The position numbers were made by a program, and so were the translations under genes. A stretch of DNA of 32,000 nt from Nostoc punctiforme PCC 73102 (lineage in GTDB: Bacteria; Cyanobacteriota; Cyanobacteriia; Cyanobacteriales; Nostocaceae): the NCBI RefSeq assembly GCF_000020025.1, contig NC_010628.1, positions 270,001 to 302,000 of the forward strand. Direction: 5' to 3'. Positions 26,775 through 32,000 of this stretch are shown one piece after another (the first letter of the stretch is position 1; the number at the start of each line of letters is the position of its first letter). The notes under the pieces were generated by a model, which saw nothing but the letters and a program-made list of their open reading frames with translations, did not search any database and was not told the DNA's origin.

Positions 26775-27057
26775 AACTAGTTTATCCTTGTTCAAATGAC
26801 TAAATACATGTCTTTCAGTTACGAACCTATCTAAGCATTAATGTTTGAAGAAAAGCTTTAATTGTTAATATATAGATAGGAATAAAACAAAATTAATTTT
26901 GAATGATTATTTAAATATTTTTCTATAGCTATAGGTTGATGGAAATAAAAGATTTGATTAGTTTACTAATAAATAAGAGGCTAGACAAAAATAAAATAAA
27001 AGTTTGTAGCTAGCTTTATTTTGTTTCAACATTGTTTGTAATTAATGAGGAATCTAA

Positions 27058-27987
27058 ATGTTTTATCATACCAAGAGACTACAGTATTACACACGACCAC
27101 AACGACCAGATCCAATATATGCCAAGAAAGTTCAGGAACTTATAGGTGGTGTTTTTGGCGAAATGACTGTGATGATGCAGTACCTATTTCAGGGCTGGAA
27201 TAGTCGCGGCCCTGCGAAGTATCGAGATATGTTGCTAGATACTGGTACTGAGGAAATTGGGCATATCGAGATTCTTTCCACCTTGATTGGTCATTTGCTG
27301 GATAAAGCGCCGCTCAAATTACAAGAACAAGCTGCACAAGACCCTGTTGTGGGTGCGGTTATGGGCGGTACTAACCCACGGGATGTAATTACAGATGTGA
27401 TTGCGGCGGCTATGAACCCCCAACATACTATTGTCACTGGTTTAGGCGCTCAACCAGCCGACAGCGTTGGCTTTCCTTGGAACGGTCGTTTTATTGCCTC
27501 CAGTGGTAATCTCTTGGCAGATTTTCGATCTAATCTGCACGCCGAAAGCCAGGGACGCTTACAAGCTGTGAGGCTGTACGAGATGAGCGACGATCCTGGG
27601 GTAAAAGATACTCTGAGTTTCTTAATCGCTCGTGATACGATGCACCAAAACCAATGGCTAGCAGCTATTGAAGATATAGAAAGTTCTGGAATTGAAACCA
27701 CTCCAGTCCCCAGTTCCTTCCCTCTAGAATTGGAAAAACGCGAGGTTTCCTATCAATTCTGGAATCATTCAGAGGGTACAGATAGCGCTGAAGGTCGCTG
27801 GGCAAAAGGGCCTTCAATGGATGGTAAAGGTGAATTCGAGTATGTTGCTAATCCCCAACCCTTGGGAGCAGAACCGCAACTATCACCCGCCGATCCAAGA
27901 CTGCATGGTACACCGACACCTGAACTGACTGAAGGAAATGGTTCAAGCGCACTTCCTTTGGTTGAACGCACCACTATAAGTGGTTAA
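27058..27987 (+). CDS. Manganese catalase (dimanganese, ferritin-like)
   Basis: 309 aa. It begins MFYHTKRLQYYTRP and has the metal-ligand contexts GEMTVMMQYLFQGW, GTEEIGHIE, LHAESQGR and ARDTMHQNQW. Confidence 0.9.
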   Translation: MFYHTKRLQYYTRPQRPDPIYAKKVQELIGGVFGEMTVMMQYLFQGWNSRGPAKYRDMLLDTGTEEIGHIEILSTLIGHLLDKAPLKLQEQAAQDPVVGAVMGGTNPRDVITDVIAAAMNPQHTIVTGLGAQPADSVGFPWNGRFIASSGNLLADFRSNLHAESQGRLQAVRLYEMSDDPGVKDTLSFLIARDTMHQNQWLAAIEDIESSGIETTPVPSSFPLELEKREVSYQFWNHSEGTDSAEGRWAKGPSMDGKGEFEYVANPQPLGAEPQLSPADPRLHGTPTPELTEGNGSSALPLVERTTISG

Positions 27988-28021
27988 TCATCAGATATTA
28001 TCGATATCCCCAATAAAATAC

Positions 28022-28051
28022 TTCGCCTCTTCTGGTGTCAAAAGAGGCGAA
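28022..28051. terminator. Bidirectional terminator hairpin between convergent genes
   Basis: Perfect 10-bp stem ttcgcctctt (28022-28031) with aagaggcgaa (28042-28051), flanked by A/T-rich sequence on both sides. Confidence 0.55.
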
Positions 28052-28141
28052 TCTTAAATTAAAAAAATTAGTTGAGTCTTTTTCTTTCCAGTATAAATTC
28101 AGTCATCTTACCCGTGATAAAAAGCACGAGGTAAGTAAACT

Positions 28142-28954
28142 TTATACTCCAATGGCAGAAAATTTCTTCAACAGGCTAATTCTTGGCTCTAATGACTGAG
28201 CTTGAAAAAATAGCATACTTTGTTCATCAAAAGCAGTCCAATTTTGGTTGTTAGATAAAGGCTCAGAGGCAACAATAACTTGATTTGGATGCTTGAGCGC
28301 ATCATAAGACCAATAAAGAGTAGGCGCTTGTGTGCGATAAGCATAGCGAATTGCTGCAATTGCTTCACCATCACTAACAATTAAATTGGCACTAAAGCTC
28401 GTGTTGTATTCTGATGCCAACTCAGTCAATTTCTCAAGCGTAGCACCTAATGCCCAGAACAAAGTGCTGTCAGGAGACGACTGCCACATTTGGACTAGTA
28501 GAGCGAAGATGTGTTCCGAGTCAGTCGTACCTTTAATCAGGCGGTATGTAGCATCAGAGAGGCTCTCACGTATTGGTCTATAGAGAGTCTGTTGAAAGTT
28601 TGATATCTCGCCATTATGCACAAACAACAGTTGATCGCTGCGAAATGGCTGACAATTACTAATATCTAGCGATTCACCTATCCCAGCTAATCGGGCATAG
28701 CCTACAGTACAAGTAGATTGTACATAGTTGCTCAACTCTTCCAGATTTGGATCGTTCCACATCGGAATCGTATTTCGGTAAATGAAGGGTTTACCCACTT
28801 GATCGTACCAACCTACACCCACTCCGTCTGCACAAACTACTCCTGATTTTAATTCCAAAGGACTGTAACTCTGTTGATAAAGCGAATGCTCCTGTTTATA
28901 CAGCAACTCATCTAATGGGATGGCGTTACCAAGGTAGCCAATTAATCTACACAT
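28142..28954 (-). CDS. Class II (Ntn) glutamine amidotransferase, EgtC-like
   Basis: 270 aa. It begins MCRLIGYLG (Cys2 nucleophile) and has ADGVGVGWY and VHNGEISNF. Confidence 0.8.
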   Translation of the reverse strand: MCRLIGYLGNAIPLDELLYKQEHSLYQQSYSPLELKSGVVCADGVGVGWYDQVGKPFIYRNTIPMWNDPNLEELSNYVQSTCTVGYARLAGIGESLDISNCQPFRSDQLLFVHNGEISNFQQTLYRPIRESLSDATYRLIKGTTDSEHIFALLVQMWQSSPDSTLFWALGATLEKLTELASEYNTSFSANLIVSDGEAIAAIRYAYRTQAPTLYWSYDALKHPNQVIVASEPLSNNQNWTAFDEQSMLFFQAQSLEPRISLLKKFSAIGV

Positions 28955-29439
28955 AAAAAAATGACGTTGCTGAAAGAGTAAGGAATTTCAGTCACAAGCT
29001 CCGATAGAAATCGAATCTTTTAACTGAGCATTTATTGCAAATCACTACTAATTTAACAACTATTTTTTATCTTGTGTGTGCTTCCACTGTGACTTTAGTC
29101 ATGGTTTTATTTGCGAATTTTAGAATAATATCTTCTTAAAAAAGGATTTCAGAGATTTAGATATAATTGAACAAAAATTCAAGATTTAGAATCAGTCTCA
29201 TGAGAGATTCAAAACTAGAACTTAATTGCTATACTACGAAACTAGAGATTTACTAGGAGTCTTCAAACCATTTATTTAAATGTTCCCTAACTCACTAATG
29301 TTGCATTATTTGCTATTTGCAAAAAAATTATACTAATTTTTAAAGACTGACACCAATGTTTTTCACTAAATAAACTAAAAAATATTACTAGTTTATACAA
29401 ATCAATATAAGTTCAGGACAGATTAGATTGCATAATTTA

Positions 29440-30144
29440 TCAACAGCTATTTGCTGTAGTGTCACCTTCTTTTAAAAAACTTCCTGGAAATGAAGGACGT
29501 AAACACAGATATACTAATGGACCAAACAAAGGGAAAATAGCAACTACCCAAAAAATACGTTTATCCTTGATTCCTCGGCGTGCCATATCATCATCAAATA
29601 ATGAACTTATTGGAAATATCAAGCACATTAGACAGAAATCGAGACTAATGAGGTGAACAAAAGGTTTATGAAAAAACTGCTGAATATAATCTTCCCAATT
29701 TCCAGCAATTACTGCATAGCCCAACAAACCAATAGTAGCAACTAATAAATAAGCTCCTGTTGTTCGTCGATCAAGAATTGAAAGCCATTTATCTTTTGTT
29801 CCCTAGAATATTTGATTAGATTTACGAAATATTAAATAAGGGAGAAGACAAATTACACCTGTAAAATTTGATCCGATAAAATAAGGCCAAGCGCGAAAGC
29901 TTTGCATTTTGCCATCAGCAAACATTAGGCAAGCGTAGATCATAGGCCAGATACCCATCAAGCAGAATATTGTTGGAATAATCGCGTTAACTTCTTGCCA
30001 TTGAAGCGTTAAAAGCTTCTGTCCTAAAGACCATGTGTCCGCTTGATCAACTGGGGCTAACAATATAGTATAAGTAACAAATCCTAACCATATAGCCCAA
30101 AGAATAGTTTTTCGGACATTTTCCAAGTCAAATTTATCCATCAT
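29440..30144 (-). pseudogene. Six-TM membrane protein gene (3+3 internal repeat) interrupted by a single in-frame TAG
   Basis: ORFs 29803..30144 and 29440..29727 are in the same frame (30144-29727=417). Only one stop (TAG, 29803-29805) separates them, followed by 25 open codons. The downstream ORF has no ATG, and its TTG start sits inside a predicted TM helix (GAYLLVATIGLLGYAVIAG). Confidence 0.5.
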
Positions 30145-30777
30145 TTTCTTCCTATATTAAGTAGAAAATTAAATGTTCTCTACTAAAATCTCTAATAGAG
30201 TTTCATGATGATTAATTTGTTAACATTTATAATTTAGCTGCTTAAATAAGCTATTTTCATGGCTCTTGAGAGAGAATCATTTTAGATTGAGCCTCAACTT
30301 AAGATATATTAACCAATTGTCACTAACGATGGCATTCTGCTAGACCTTAATTGCAGCTTATCGTTCAAAACCTTTATTTTAAAAGCATCATTGCTCTTGG
30401 AAATCTCTTGCTTACTTAGCTATTTACCCATTTTATAGTCACCTTATTTATCGTTGATTTACTTTGCGAGATTCAAAGCGATATCTACAATGAGCTACGC
30501 CTAAAACTTTAGCAAAAGTAGCTATTAATGTAACGACTTTCGAGATTATTGAGAATAAACTTATTTTATTGACATGATCTGCCTACTTTGACGTTTCTAT
30601 TTTTAAGAAAAGATTAGTCTTGAGTAAGTTAAGTCTCACATAAATTGCTGTTTTTAACTTACTTAAGTGTGCCTAATTATAGATACTGTTTTAAACCTAA
30701 ATGTTTCAAAAGATAGGTGATATTTAGCTCTTTCAATTTTAATCTAAAACAATAAATAGTTTAAATAAATATACTGA

Positions 30778-31923
30778 ATGCTGATGTTCAGAAATAAATA
30801 TCACAATTTTAATAAAAATATCAAAGATAATCTCCAAAAATCTTTGTTATTACAAGTCCCATCTAATTCTGGGATGCTGATGTTGAGAATCTATTGTGAT
30901 GTTCTGCCACGAGTTCGTAAACATTTAGAATTCTGGAAGAAAAATGCTGAACAAATTCCTAATCCTGAATTACGTAAACAGGCTCTATTAAGTATAAGAA
31001 CTAAAACATTTCACTGCGAAGGTGGCTCTATCTATGGATTACTTGCCAAAGAAGAAATTGAGCCAATAATTTGCTTTATTGTTGCTTATCAAACAATTAG
31101 TGATTATTTAGATAACCTATGCGATCGCAGTAATTCCCTAGACCCGAAAGATTTCCGTACTCTCCATCAAGCTTGTTTAGATGCTTTAACACCTAGTGCT
31201 AAATGCATTAATTACTACCAGTTTCGTCAAGAGCAAGACGATGGCGGCTATCTGATGAAACTAGTAAAAACTTGTCAAAATGTATTAAGGCAGCTACCGT
31301 CTTATCAATTAATTGCCCCTAGTTTATATCATCTGGCTGATTATTATTGTGATTTACAAGTTCATAAACACGTCCAAGTTAAGGAGCGGGTTCCTCGCTT
31401 AAAAGCATGGTTTGAAAGACATCGTAACCAAATTCCTCAAATGAAGTGGTATGAATTTTCAGCTTCTACTGGCTCAACATTAGGAATTTTTTGCCTTGTG
31501 GCCTATGCAAGCGATCAAGATTGCTCTGAGGAATTAGCTACAAAAGTTAAAAACAGCTACTTTCCTTGGGTTCAGGGACTTCATATCCTACTTGACTATT
31601 TTATCGACCAAGAAGAAGACCGCATCGGTGGGGATTTAAATTTTTGTGCTTACTATAATAATGGGCAAGAAATAAGCGAACGGTTTGCCTATTTTCTCAA
31701 ACAGGCTGATAAAGCTGTTTCTCGTTTACCACACGATCGCTTTCATCGAATGATTAATCGAGCTTTATTAGGTGTTTATTTGGCTGATGAAAAAGTGAAT
31801 CAACAGGAAAATATCAAAGAAACTGCAAAAAAAATTCTCAGTTCATGTGGCGGTTCATCACTCTTTTTTATGTGGAATATTATGATTATGGCTCAAATTA
31901 GGTATCGAAAAATATTAGCATAA
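30778..31923 (+). CDS. ytpB: DUF2600/YtpB family protein (tetraprenyl-beta-curcumene synthase-like terpene synthase)
   Basis: 381 aa. Motifs FHCEGGSIYGLLA, VAYQTISDYLDNLCDR, DDGGYL, YYCDLQVHKHV, WYEFSASTGSTLGIFCLVAY, GLHILLDYFIDQEED and GDLNFC closely follow my memory of Bacillus subtilis YtpB. Confidence 0.8.
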   Translation: MLMFRNKYHNFNKNIKDNLQKSLLLQVPSNSGMLMLRIYCDVLPRVRKHLEFWKKNAEQIPNPELRKQALLSIRTKTFHCEGGSIYGLLAKEEIEPIICFIVAYQTISDYLDNLCDRSNSLDPKDFRTLHQACLDALTPSAKCINYYQFRQEQDDGGYLMKLVKTCQNVLRQLPSYQLIAPSLYHLADYYCDLQVHKHVQVKERVPRLKAWFERHRNQIPQMKWYEFSASTGSTLGIFCLVAYASDQDCSEELATKVKNSYFPWVQGLHILLDYFIDQEEDRIGGDLNFCAYYNNGQEISERFAYFLKQADKAVSRLPHDRFHRMINRALLGVYLADEKVNQQENIKETAKKILSSCGGSSLFFMWNIMIMAQIRYRKILA

Positions 31924-32000
31924 TTAATCTGATGTATGAAAGGATATATCTAACTAGATATTAGCTATAGATAAGCAAGCATATCCATCATCTAAAAGTC

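Overview
The window looks like a chromosomal segment of a filamentous, probably heterocyst-forming, cyanobacterium (Nostocales-like). Evidence is the many HIP1 palindromes (GCGATCGC), STRR-type heptamer repeats upstream of genes, and Nostoc-type small dispersed repeats and MITE-like nested palindromes in the spacers. I support about 25 protein-coding genes. I saw no rRNA, tRNA, CRISPR array, transposase or integrase. Content from left to right: PhyH-family dioxygenase, small disordered protein, GH43 hydrolase, DUF4383 membrane protein and a small conserved hypothetical. A 1.1 kb AT-rich gap follows, then a sugar-nucleotide module: a glycosyltransferase fused to UDP-galactopyranose mutase, a GH1-like domain fused to an RmlD-like reductase, and GalE. 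Next come UV-damage endonuclease, HflX, isoaspartyl peptidase/asparaginase, a small zinc-ribbon ORF, DUF72 and an MFS transporter. A solitary AT-rich KAP P-loop NTPase with no HIP1 site follows. After it lies a photoprotection and oxidative-stress neighbourhood: CrtO-type ketolase, Hlip, YflT-type general stress protein, SDR, an unlisted PsaJ paralogue and Mn catalase. The window ends with an EgtC-like amidotransferase, a 6-TM membrane gene split by one in-frame TAG, and a YtpB/DUF2600-type terpene synthase. The best candidates for something undescribed are the two-fusion galactofuranose module, the lone KAP NTPase islet, the divergent PsaJ paralogue and the cyanobacterial YtpB homologue. All family calls rest on motif recognition by eye, because no searches could be run.
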